This document shows, one piece after another, positions 1 to 11,724 of a stretch of DNA of 64,000 nucleotides. Below the pieces are notes generated by a model that made no database searches, had not been told where the DNA came from, and saw nothing but the letters and a program-made list of their open reading frames with translations. The DNA comes from Leucoraja erinacea (taxonomy: Eukaryota). The stretch covers positions 20,894,001-20,958,000 of the forward strand of contig NC_073397.1 in the NCBI RefSeq assembly GCF_028641065.1, read 5' to 3'. A program made the position numbers and the translations under genes. Within the stretch, counting starts at the first letter, position 1, and each line of letters starts with the position of its first letter.

Positions 1-100
1 AACACAGGCAGGTGAGACTAATGTAGATGGAGCATCTTGGTCAGCGTGGGCAAATTGGGCTGAAGGGCTTGTTTCCGTCCGGTATGACTTTATGACTCTG
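1..100 (+). mobile_element. CR1/HER1-type LINE 3' terminus
   Basis: gggctgaagggcttgtttcc...tatgactttatgactct tail, shared with other CR1 3' ends in the window. Confidence 0.6.
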
Positions 101-1066
101 ACACATGATGTTTTGAGACAAGTATTCTTTGTTGATGGATCCAGTTCATGTTGCTTTTGGTTTGTGTTTTATTTCCAGGCTGCTTGAATGATAGGGAGAT
201 GCAGTTGTGGCATCTGTTAAAACCGCTCTCTGCCCAGAAGAAGTAGCAGTGAACAGTTTGTGGAAACAGATGAAGAATGCATGCAGTCTAATGCCTCGTC
301 CCACACCTGGCTAGCTAATTCCTCAAATCTAATGTAGAGCAGGATAGTTTGTCTACAGTTTTAAATGTGCTCCTGTTATCAGTGGTCCTTTGCCATTGTT
401 CGATAGATAACACTTTAGAGATTAGTTATTCCTGAGAACTGTGCTGTACATATTTTCTGTAACAACTAAAAAACAAGTGCACTCTCACTGTAGGTTCTCT
501 TGACTGCTCACTACCAGTATAAAAATATTCAGCACAAGATGCCCTGGTTCTATGACAGAAACATTAAATTGAATTTGTATAAGAAAAACAAATGTCTTGG
601 CGTACAAGTAAACTATTCGGGAAGTTTGCAATGAAAGATTCAGTGGCAATAAATGCGTAGTTGGCAAATAAATTCCCTGATGTAGAGAGGCTGGTGGGGG
701 CACTGCATCAAGGGCCATTGTCCCATTGTCAGTACAGACCTGTGTTCACATATGAAACAAGGACGAATGCATAGAATACTTTGAGATCACCTGCATCTGA
801 TGTGAACAGCACTATAATGGCTTTGATAGCATGTCCCATGGTCCTGCCTCCACCACCTCCATTACACTGGGGATGGTGGCCAACTTGATTTTGAAAGCGG
901 CTTCTGACCAGGTTTCCAAGTGAAATTTGTGTTATGCAATCAGTTGGTTTAAATGGGGATTGAGTGATTCAAGCTCTCACTGCCCACCATAAGTATTGTT
1001 GAGCTGCTGGTTAGAAGACTACAGCACAATGCCCAGGGTTCCTATGGAGCTGTTATACAGGGTATT

Positions 1067-1608
1067 ATAGAAAGAACAGTACAGCACAGGAATGGGCCCT
1101 TCGGCCCATAATGTTTGTGCCGAATATGATATCAAGTTAAATCAATCTCATTTGCCTGTGCATGGTCCACAAATCTCTATTCCCTGCACTTCTATGTATT
1201 TATCTAAAAGCCTTTTAAATGCTACTGTAGTATCTGCCCCCCCCCCCCCCCACTCCCTAAGCAATACGTTCCTGGCCCCCACTACTCTCTATAAAAAACG
1301 TGCCCCACACATTTCCATTAAATCTTCCTCCTCTCACCTGATAACTGTGCCCTCTAATGTTGGACATTTCCACCCTGGGAAAAAGGTTCTAGCTGTCTAC
1401 CTATTTATGGCACTCATCATTTTATATACTCCTGTCGTCTCCCCTAATCCTCTGACATTCCAGAGATAATATTGCAAGTTTCAACTCCCTGTAGTTGAAA
1501 CCCTCTAATCCGGGAGTATAATGGTAAACCTTCACTGCACCCTCTACAAAGCCTCAACATCTTTCCTGTACTGGGGCGACCAGATTTGCACGCAATACTC
1601 CAAATTTC
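1067..1608 (-). mobile_element. CR1-type LINE 3' fragment
   Basis: 3' tail (cagtacagcacaggaatgggcccttcggccc) plus degraded RT C-terminus; same family as 52010-52470 and 33120-33700. Confidence 0.65.
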
Positions 1609-2239
1609 TTGTGGGGGCAGTTATCCAGAATAGCACACTAAGGTGACTGTTTTTACCTGTGATTATTATCCAGTTCTTTTATGTTGGATATATTGGAGAT
1701 TGGTTGAGCTCTTAGGATATAGGAAAGGATTTTCTCTGAGCACAGAGGGAACTCCCAGAACAATGGGAAGTGCGATGTTCAGAACACTGCGTGAACTGTT
1801 AGGCAGTTCACTAGTAGAGTTGCTGCTAAAGATACATATGAGCAGTGGAAAGATATTGACTGGGTTGTTTAAGACAAGGAGACATTCAAAACTCTAGAAG
1901 ATTTGCTACCCAGAACAGGTGTGTTTAGTGCACCACAAGAGGTTTGGGCAACAGTTTTTGTCCAGGTATTGAATGGCAATGGTCTGGACAGACAGGTAAT
2001 AACCAGTTCACTGGTGGAATATCTAGTAATCTGTATTTGGTCAGGAAACCTCATGTAGTATTTAGCATGATTCTGAGCAAGGAACTGGAAAGGATTTCCC
2101 AGGCCCCTGAGAAGAGAGTTTGCCAGAGACTGGTAGCCAGCCAGGATGATGGGGTTATTATTATTGTTCAAGATGGGAGGATAGCATTTCCCCAGGACGC
2201 TGAGGGAGCTAAACTCTTGGGTACTTTTGTATGTGATTA

Positions 2240-2560
2240 ATTTTTCAGGACGTAAAGATTGTTGGCAAGGTCAACATTGATCGTTCATCCATAATTGCCC
2301 TTGAAAAGATGACAGTAAGCTGTGTTCTGCAATCCCAAGGAAGATACTAACACAGCACTGTGGTTAGAGAGTTCCAGGATTTACACAAAGACTAGTGTGA
2401 ATGACAAAGAAAGGGTAATGAATTTCCAAGTCAGGATGGTTTGCAATTTGGAAGTAGGTTGAGTTTCCACTTCTGCCTTGAGCAACCAAACAGTCTGAAG
2501 GTCTTGATTTCGAAAAGGCATTGTGGAGATAACTTCATCAGCTGCTGGATTCAGCATTTC
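2240..2560 (-). mobile_element. Old chondrichthyan CR1/L2-like LINE 3' end
   Basis: Reverse complement reads accatcctgacttggaaat...aatcctggaactctc...caagggcaattatggatg; same family as 61670-61880. Confidence 0.55.
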
Positions 2561-4339
2561 AGAAACCATTAAGCATAATCAAATAGTTTCATCAACAATC
2601 CTCACGCGAAATGCTTTGTACAACTCGAACCTGATTGTCATAAACGCATTGTTATCTCTAATGGTCATTGCATAATAGCATTGAGTCTTTGACACTCTCT
2701 TCAGTCATAAGTTTCAGCAGATGAGTTATCTACTTATTTGCTGCAATTTGTCTGTTATCAAAGGTCCAGCAAGGTGAAACGTTTTTGTGCTAAACTTTGA
2801 TCTTAATGTATCAATGTTGTTGCATCGAGCTTTATGTTATATAGAGCAAGTGTTAACATTGTTGATCATCACCATTTCTAAAGGTGGAGGTGATGAGGAC
2901 TGCAGGGCACAGAGCAACATCGGGCATCCATGATGCTTTCTTTCCGAATGAAGGAATTACCCATGGTCATGTTATTGAATCTTGAAGGTTAAAAAATGGA
3001 GGTCCCAGTTGTGTTATCATTAATTTAACTAATTAGAACGCAATGAACACTTTACCGGAAAGACATTGCACAGCTCAGTATATTGCAAGCAAGTACTGTA
3101 CCTAACCCATCCAATGGTTTCCTCTGTCTGCACACCAGAATGCTTTCATCTGGAATTCCATTAATATGTGAAAGCCTCACTGTTAGCTAAGGTCCACGAG
3201 AGGCTCCGCAGAATGTTTCCTCTGAGGACCACTGATATAACTGTTTTTAAAAGACTAAAGGACAAGAAAAATCTGTTGATATAGGATGGTACAATGTGAT
3301 AAACCAGCAATTTTAAAACTCCTTTAAACACCTGTACAATTTCACATCTACTCACTAATAATTTTTTGTGGGAATACTGAAGTTCAACATATTGTATAGT
3401 AGAGTCAAACACTCATTTGCAGGAACGATGCAAAATCATGAAATAATAATAAATGATTTCCAAAGCCACCTTCATCACTCATATAAATAATTATGCTGGA
3501 ATTAATTGGTGAAAATATTGTGAACAGCATAAACCTAAGCATAACCATAAACCCTTTAATTTATCACTTTTAGGTAATAAAAAGTGGTTTACTTGAATTT
3601 TACTTTGATTTTATTTTACCCTGAAAAAAAATCGTACAGGTGTGTTGTATTGTGTATCTTGTAAATAAATCAGAAATGTGTATTTACAATTTCATTCGTT
3701 TTGCTTTGACATTACATAATTTGCAGATAGAAGAAATCTGACCAACCCCATTTTGCTGTGTGATGCATCATTCTGTGGCAGTGAACTGTTGGCAGTAAAT
3801 TTTAATAAATCAAATGACGTGAATATTGTAGTTTTAACTTGTAACATAGTTGTATTTTGTAGAGACTAAATGTTGGTACATCTCTAAACTGATATTTGTG
3901 GTAACTAAAATTACCCAACTTTCCCAAAAGTAAAAGACAAAATATTCAACCTACACAGAAAACTTCCAACGTATATAAAGATATCAACTATTATTCATGT
4001 AATCTTCCTCATTAACAGCTTGTTGGGTGTTCAAACTAATTCCTTGAGGTGCACCTCCTAGATCATCATGCAAATACACAGATTCATACACAGTGGCTGC
4101 AGCCAGGCTAGTGGAAGCCTCTTCCCAGTAGTGGCATTGAGTGCTGTTGTCATTCATGGCTGACTACAAGCAGCTCTACACCTAGATGGTGTGGCTGGTA
4201 AGCTTATGATTTTGAACTGAAAATGTAACAGTCTAGTTCTGATGATAGAATTTATGAGGCTGGTGTGGTGACCAATGCTAACATTCTGAGTGACGACAGA
4301 ATTTACTGGGCCCTTGGTGCCAGTGGTACTCTCACAGGA

Positions 4340-4790
4340 CTAGGCATCGTTCAGCGAAACAGTCGCTGAGACTGCACTTGGTCTCGCCAATGTACCGGAG
4401 ACCAAACCGGGAACACCGGATGAGGTTAGCGGAGATGCACATAAAGCACTGTTTCACCTGGAAGGACTGTTGGGGTCTCTGGATGAATATGAGGGAGCAA
4501 GTACAGGGACAGGTGTTACATCTCTTGCAGTGCAGGGAAAAGTACCTGAGGAGGAGGTAGTTGGGGTGGGAAGATTTGAGTGAACCAAAGAGTTGCAGAG
4601 GGTGCTGTCTCTACGGAAGGCAGAAAGGAGTGGGGATGGGAAGATTGTGACCGGTGGTGGGATCACGTTGGAGATGAAGGAAATGCCGAAGAATGATGTG
4701 TTGGATGCGTTGGCTGGTGGGTGAAAGGTGAGGACCTATCCTTGATATCTCTTGTGGGAGGAGGAGCGAAAGAAGAACTACAGATAGGTT
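4340..4790 (-). mobile_element. Penelope-like element fragment (GIY-YIG region)
   Basis: Minus-strand translation QVKQCFMCISANLIRCSRFGLRYIGETKCSLSDCFAE; also AFRRDSTLCNSLVHS...GTFPC. Confidence 0.8.
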
Positions 4791-4899
4791 ACAGGAAACT
4801 ACATATTCCAGCTCTCACTCCCCCTCCTTACTGCTCACCCTCTTTCACTTGCAACACCTCACACTTGCTCAGAACAACATCTCCCATGGCTCAAGACCA

Positions 4900-5810
4900 G
4901 ACACAGAACATGGAACAGTACAGCACAAGAACAAGCCTTTTGGCCCACAATGTCTGTGCCAAACATGATGCCAAGATCATTTCTTATCTACCTGCGCATA
5001 ATCCATATCCCTCCATATCCATATACCTATCCAAAAGCCCCTTAAATGCCACTATCAAATCTGCCTCAAACTGTTACTTTCTCGGGTTGGACTACCCACA
5101 TACTGTCTCAAGTAACCCTCTTGGATACACCTCACAAATTCTGTAGGCTTTGGCACCGAGCAATTCCTAGTCAATTTTGGGAAAGTTAAAGTTACCCACG
5201 TTGCCTTGGCATCTTTTGGAAATGTGCCTACATATCCGTTAGTCTATCTCTCACTTGCTATTGGGCGGCCTATATGAAAGAGTGCTTGTACCTTTCCTAT
5301 TTCTAAGTTCCATCCATATCTCCTCAGCGAAGAACCCTCCAGTATGCCCTCTCTAAGTGCAGCCGTGATAAGTAGCACAATTCCTCCATCTATTTTGCCT
5401 CCCTCTCGATCACATCTGAAATAACGAATTCCCAAAATGTTGAGCTGCCATTCGTGACAATACCTAGATTTCCATCGAGGCTCCAGCCTTGCCTCTCTAA
5501 ATAATCTGTGATAGATCTTATCAGGCTTTGGAGACTTATCCCCTTTAGGGCATTTGAGGAGACCAAACATCCTAAAAATGCCCTCACATATTAATATACC
5601 TCAATTATTTCACTATCGTCCATGCTCTTTGATGAATACCGATGCAAAAATATGATGTACAAAAAAAATATTACCCAAGACAAGAGTAGGCCTAGAGAGA
5701 ACTGTTTGTCTAGGACATTGGCAGTTTTTATGTCATGCATCTGGACGAGCTGTTGGATAGATCATTGGATAAGGATTTTGTTGACCAGGCCACTGGGGGA
5801 GATGTTTTAA
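4900..5810 (-). mobile_element. CR1 LINE fragments (3' tail, endonuclease remnants)
   Basis: CR1 tail at 4900-5070; remnants WQLNILGIRYFRCDREGGK..GGIVLL and DKSPKPDKIY. Confidence 0.6.
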
Positions 5811-6052
5811 AGAGGTCTGAGAGTAATGTTCACCGGATGGTATACGAGTTGCTGGCTAGGATACATATGCTGGCTAAAACAATAAGAGACAAGAGAGTTT
5901 TATTGTCATGTGTCCCAGATAGGACAAATAAATTCTTACTTGCTGCAGCACAACAGAATTTGTAAACATAATACAGAATGGGAGATAAAAGTTCAGTGTG
6001 TCTATGCACCATAGACCATATATACACACAATAAATAACAGATAAAATGCAA

Positions 6053-6990
6053 TCTATATTACTAAAAGTCTGATTTTGACCGCTTTTGGCTCGCTGTGGT
6101 GTGATTTCCGAGAGAACGCCGCCACCTACGGCCGTCATTTTTGGCCACCTCGCTCAGAGCCCCACTCCGCCTTCTGGGACCGGAGGATTTTTCCCATTGA
6201 TGAAAAATCAGAGAGATATTAATGTTATTACAAAAATTGCCATTCTCTCTGCTGCCCCTGCTGGTGGGAGGGGGAGGGACTATAAAACCCGGAAGTGGTG
6301 TGCCTCACTCAGTCTCTGCAAGATGGAGGGTCAGAGGGTCACGTCTCTCTGAGCTCTGAATAACACTGAACACATGTCTACTCAACTGAGTCCTCTTAAT
6401 GTGGTTTGAAAATGAAAATATGGTTGGTTTGAAGTAAAAAGGCACTGCCTGCAAATGGTTGTTTGGGTGCTTTGGGTTGAAGTTAAAAGCACTACTGCAA
6501 ATGGTGGTTTGGGTGCTTTGGCTTGAAGCTAAAAGGCACTACTGCGAATGGTAGTTTGGGTGCTTTGGCTTGAAGTTAAAAGGCACTACTACAAATGGTG
6601 GTTTGAGTGCTTTGGCTTGAAGTTAAAAGGCACTACTACAAATGGTAGTTTGGGTGCTTTGGCTTGAAGTTAAAAGGCACTACTACAAATGGTGGTTTGG
6701 GTGCTTTGGGTAATTTCCTGTTTGCACTGTATATTGATTTTAGATAAAACGCTACCACTTACGGCTGTGATTTTTGGCCATCTTACTCAGTCCCCCGCCG
6801 CTCAGCAGGTGCAGAGGATTCTTCCCATCAATGAAAAATAAGAGTTATTAGTGTTTAAAAAATGTTGAGAATCTCTCTTCTGTCAATCACGCCATGAAGG
6901 CCACACCTTTTCCGGTGGGAGGGGGAGGGGTTATAAAGCCCGAAAGTGTGGGTGTGGCTCAGTCTCTGCATGATGGGGGAGGGAGAGCTA
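6053..6990 (+). mobile_element. Non-autonomous Helitron, 5' portion
   Basis: A|TCTATATTACTAAAAGTCTG 5' terminus resembling the Helitron at 14673-17151; internal ~240-bp duplication (6100-6330 vs 6750-6985); no 3' hairpin-CTAG found. Confidence 0.6.
6436..6710. repeat. 47-bp minisatellite, about 6 copies
   Basis: Unit aaaaggcactactacaaatggtggtttgggtgctttggcttgaagtt; measured period 47 (6582 to 6629). Confidence 0.9.
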
Positions 6991-7362
6991 TGCTTGCACA
7001 GTAAGTACCATTGTGTACAACAGGCAATCTCTGAGGATATTCAATGGATTATAAATAGCCAGGATTTTGCCATAAATGCCATGTGCCTTGTTTGATGATT
7101 TCACCGGGATAATGCCTTTTTCACGCGAGTGCCTAAATCAGCCTTTTTTCATTGTGTTACTAAAAGGTCGTGCTATTTTTTCTAGTTGTACCGTGATTAC
7201 AATGACGTTTTCTATGTTAATACGTTAAGATTTAAAAGTTATTATTAACGTGTTAACATAGCATAACTTACAAGAAAATTTGGGGCGAAACCAGGGGCGC
7301 CACCATCGGTCATTCATTCGTTCATGCCGCTGCCTGCTAGTTCAGTCTTCTCCAAGATCCTT

Positions 7363-7645
7363 TTAAGAAAGGACTGCAGATGCTCGAAAAATCGAAGGTA
7401 GACAAAAATGCTGGAGAAACTCAGCGGGTGAGGCAGCATCTATGGAAAGAAGCAATAGGCGATGTTTCGGGTCGAGACCCTTCTTCAGACTGATATGGGG
7501 GGGGAAAGAAAGGAAGAGGCGGAGACAGTAGGACAAAAAGGAGAGCTGGGTAGGGGGGGGGGGGGGAGGGGGGAGAAGACAAGGGTTATCTAAAATTAAA
7601 GTCAATGTTGATACCACTGGGATGTAGACTACCCAAGGGAAATAC
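7363..7645 (-). mobile_element. Penelope-derived short element with hammerhead motif
   Basis: Reverse complement CTGAAGAAGGGTCTCGACCCGAAACATC (7461-7488) followed by gatgctgcctcacccgctgagtttctccagc. Confidence 0.75.
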
Positions 7646-7871
7646 CCAAGCTTGTCTCCTCACTACATTTACTGCTGGCTCCAGTCGCAAATCTGAGTGA
7701 TCTGTGCAAGGCATTCATTGATGCTGGAATTCCACTGTGGAAATTGGAAAACAAATCTCTCAGAGGTTTTTTATAGAAATACACAGAGGAACATATACCA
7801 AGCAAGTAATCATTACTGAAAAATCATGTTGAGAGCAACTTCAACATTGTTCTGCAGAAAATTAGAGATGA

Positions 7872-8703
7872 GTTGAGTTTCCTTTATTGTCATTCAAAAC
7901 GTAATAGTTTGAACGAAATTGCGTACCTTGCAGCCATGACAAAAAATAAAGTAACAGAACACACAATGAAGTTTAACATCCATCACAGTGAGGAGCTGCC
8001 TGGGGTCACTGTGATGGATGTTAAACTTAATTGTGTGTTCTGTTACTTTATTTTTTGTCATGGCTGCAAGGTACGCAATTTCATTCAAACTATTACGTTT
8101 TGAATGACAATAAAAAAGTTGTAAAGTATTCCCTGCTTGTTCTCCCTCTGCGTTGAGGCGATCCAGGCTTTCGATGTTGGGCCCCCCCGGCGGCTGATGG
8201 CAAGTCCTGCAACCAAATCCAAGCTTCACGAAAGGGCCGATTCAAACTCCGCGGCCCGGGGCGGACGAAATTGCCACCCTCCAGTCCAGCGGACGAAGCT
8301 GTTGTTGCGGGAGCTCTGGCGAATTGGTCACCAACCTGGGAACTGCGAGCTCCCGATGTTGTCGTCCACTGGGCCCACGGCCGAAGCCTCCGAGGCTCTG
8401 AAGTTGAGCTGCAGCGCCACCACAACCCCGAAGTCGGCCAACTTCACTATGGTGTCCACAGGCTCTGCCTCCGGAGCCTTGGGGTCGGTTCCAGTTGGAG
8501 ACCACCAGCTCCACGATTAGGCCTGAGCGCAGACGGAGACAGAGATACGACAAAGAAAAGGTTGCATCCCCTTGAAGAGGTTAAAACAAGTTTCCCCCAC
8601 CCCCCACTCATACGCAAATAAAAATAAACTAAAACATACATCTAACAAGACAAAAGAAAACAAAAAAAAAGGAAAAGATAGACAGATAGCACCGCCACTT
8701 CCG
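7872..8703 (-). mobile_element. GC-rich non-autonomous retroelement with 3' fold-back duplication
   Basis: 5-bp TSD GATGA (7867-7871 / 8704-8708); removing the insert restores the host frame R-D-E-V-A; Rex1-like 3' end ...aatttcgttc...aatgacaataaa plus short tail. Confidence 0.7.
7884..8113. repeat. Near-perfect inverted repeat, ~108-bp arms and 14-bp spacer
   Basis: tttattgtcattcaaaacg...catcacagtga [ggagctgcctgggg] tcactgtgatg...cgttttgaatgacaataaa; about 2 mismatches. Confidence 0.95.
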
Positions 8704-9383
8704 GATGAAGTTGCATGCAACAAAATATGGATCTCAATAGATGAGACAACCAATACTGGAGCCAGGTCAACCATCAAAGGTGTATTTGTTGACATCGGAA
8801 GTATTGGAGAAGTCAAACAACTCAACTATTGCCCAGCTGTTTACATCTTCACTTGCTGTTCTTTGGCCAGAAGGTATAAAACACGAGAATGTTATTCTGT
8901 TTGCGAGAGTTTTATTCCCCAAAATGTTGCATTTGACATGCTTAGCTCAAGGACTTCATACGTAGCTTGTTTCCAAATGTCGATTGCCTAGTTTCCAATG
9001 TCAAGAAAATCTTCCTCAAAACACTGTCATGTGTGGAGTTGTTCAAGGAAATGGCACCTGAGATTCTGCTACCTCCTCAGCCCGTTTTGACTATGTGGGG
9101 TAAACGGCTCTATGCTGCAAATTTTGAAAAGATAAAATAAATCGTCAACTGTTATGAAGAAGAATCCGCTGCAGTCAGGATCGTCAGTGAAATCATGCAG
9201 AAAAGGTCCCTCAGCCGTGATCTTGTGTTTACTGCTTTGAATTTTGTAAACTTCCCACAAGCTATCACTTCCCTTGAGAAACGTGACAAAACATTAGTGA
9301 ATAACTTACAGGTTTTCAACAAAGTAACTGACGATATTCGTAAAGTTCCTGGCGATGTAGGTAAAGACATACAAGGAAAAACA

Positions 9384-9690
9384 TACTCCAGAACCAGGGG
9401 CCACAGTTTAAGAATAAGGAGTAAGCCATTTAGGACAGAGACGATAAACACTTTTTCTCACATAGTGGTGAGTCTGTGGAATTCTCTGCCTCAGAGGGAG
9501 GTGGAGATGGATCCTCTCGATGCTTTCAAGAGAGAGCTTGATAGGGCTCTTAAATATAGCGGAGTCAGGGGATATGGGGAGATGGCAGGAACGGAGTATA
9601 GATTGGGGATGATCAGCCATGATCACATTGAATGGCGGTGCTAGCTCGAAGGGCTGAATGGCCTACTCCTACACCTATTGTCTATTGTCT
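9384..9690 (+). mobile_element. CR1/HER1 LINE 3' end nested in the hAT element
   Basis: SRTRGHSLRIRSKPFRTE..VVSLWNSLPQ; (tctattg)n tail. Confidence 0.85.
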
Positions 9691-10794
9691 AAAATGTGAG
9701 AGTGATTTTAGCTAACAAATATCTTGAAGAAATAGAAAATATAGCTAAAGTTCTCAAAGGTAGTTGTAATGCCACAAGATATCGACATGAATATTGAGTC
9801 TGTAACTTGCTTCGGGTATGCACCAGTGACCTCAGTTGAGGTAAAACTAATTTTTTCACAACTGAAGCAGATTCTGCCTGACAGATGACATCGTTTAACA
9901 TCAGATAATTCGAAAAAAATTCTAGTAATTATGTGCAGCCAGGCAACTTTGCTCATTTAATGTAGTATACCTTTATATTATTTTTAACCATATTTTGGTG
10001 GTGGAGATAAATGTATTTTTATGCATATTTCTGCCATTTTATTATGCCTTTTTGCCTACCTAGCTTAGAGTTTTTTAGTGCCTAAAGATCCTGGCTCTAA
10101 TTATAAGCGTGAATCAGTGAGAATATTTTCCCCAGTAGATTTTAAATATTATTCAAATAAAGTGATGTGTGGATGTTGCCCAGGGTTCCAGGAAGATTAC
10201 TGAGCACAAAAGCAAGGATGCTGGTTCGAAAACAGGAGCAGCATTGACTCGGACACCAGTTGTATGCAGCCCTGGAAAAACTGTTGGCTAAGACATTATA
10301 AGACTTGCAAAGAACATTTTAGGCCACTAACCTGGGTGTTAGTCAAAATATTAAAATACATATCACCTAGGAAACTAGAAACTTTTGACAGGGCTCAAAC
10401 ATGGTCAGTGCATTAGACAAGTTGTTAGCTAGCCTCTAAGGGAGCTGTTACTGAGGAACTGTTATCAAAGACTTTGAGAGAGGGGCAGGTAGTGTTTTAG
10501 CCAGGACAATGGGAGCTATTGGCCAGTTGAGTGCCTTGGACAAGGTTTTCCTGTGCAAACAGTCCAATGATTTCTTAAGCTAAAAATAGATTATTTAAGT
10601 TCCTTAATGTTATTATAACAAAATAAATGGCTGCATTACCAAGCAGTACAGATTCTCAATATTCTGGTATTTGATGAGTAGTTTGTATTTGTGTGCCGCA
10701 CAGATCCTGAAAAAATAGCAACGCTGATGGAACATACAGGGAATTCCTCTCCCAACCTCTGGGAGAAATCTGGCACAAGAAAACATTTTACAAA

Positions 10795-11045
10795 GATGGG
10801 CGGCACATTGGAGCTGCTGCCTTATGGTGCCAGAGACCCAAATTTGATCCTGGTCTCAGGTGCGGCCTGTGTGGAACTTGCATGTCATTAGCTGTGATGG
10901 TGTGAGTTTCCTCTGGGCACTCCAGTTTCCTCCCATATTCCAAGGATGTGAGGGGTTGTGTATTAAATGGCCTCTGTAAATTGCCACTAGCGTGCAGGGA
11001 GTGGATTCAAAAAGTGGGATAACATAGAACTAGTGTGAACAGGTC
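10795..11045 (+). mobile_element. HE1-like tRNA-derived SINE
   Basis: gggcggcac...gagctgctgcc...gccagagaccc...tgatcctg head; same family as 55803-56095. Confidence 0.65.
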
Positions 11046-11724
11046 AGCTATATCTTTTAATCAAAAGGAGAAGATATGTTTGCATATCAGTCTGGATAAA
11101 AATCCTCATACTTTGCCTCATCTACTTTACACACTTTTACAGTACAACAATGATCGTGACAGGCCCAAATACCAATAACTGTTTAATCACCAGAATTTGT
11201 CCAAGATGGATATTCATGAGATGTTGCTCCAACATAAAACAGGATTTGGAAAATTCTACGTCAAATGCACCTTCCCCCACATTTGGAGTGTTACTTAGAG
11301 TGCACAAAGGAACATTTAATTTGTTCCAATACTGATGTTACTAGATGCAACTGTCTATTTTTCGTGTGGCCAAACATTACGGGACGTAAACTGAATTTTC
11401 ATTATGCAATTAGTTGCTTGAATGGCTTCTTACTTCCTGTAGAAAGTTTGGACAGGTCGTTACTGCTGACTCACAATTCTAGTCAATATTTGCAGTGGAT
11501 CCTGCTTTTGTCATTCTTGCATTCTTCAATTGAATCATATATTTATCCTCTTGAATTCCACCTGTGAGGAAATAACCCCACCTGATCTCAAGTTATCTTG
11601 TGCACTGCAGGTAGCTCCTGATAATCTTCTCTGCAGTTTCTTAGTTCCAGGGTGGTGTGTTTTGCCTGATCATTGCTGCAGCCTTGGTCAACTTGTCTTT
11701 GTTTTTGGTGCCAGTTGCTGAAGG

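Larger units (their letters stand above)
7056..10099 (+). mobile_element. Decayed hAT-superfamily transposon with CGGBP1-like transposase, interrupted by three nested insertions
   Basis: Imperfect TIRs TAG(AG)CCAGGAT; 8-bp TSD attataaa (7048-7055) / attataag (10100-10107); frameshifted peptides DLCKAFIDAGIPLWKLENKSLRGF, QKIRDEVACNKIWISIDETT, NFVNFPQAITSLEK. Confidence 0.7.

Noticed and set aside
179-246. Possible terminal coding exon (ttttatttccag|..CLNDREMQLWHLLKPLSAQKK*) of a gene outside the window
   Set aside because: The acceptor looks good, but the peptide is not recognised and there is no supporting context.
6436-6710. Regular repeats resembling a CRISPR array (also 16593-16800)
   Set aside because: Head-to-tail tandem units with no unique spacers, no cas genes, and a vertebrate context.
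8093-8641. Overlapping ORFs in several frames
   Set aside because: Stop-poor GC-rich retroelement core; no recognisable product.
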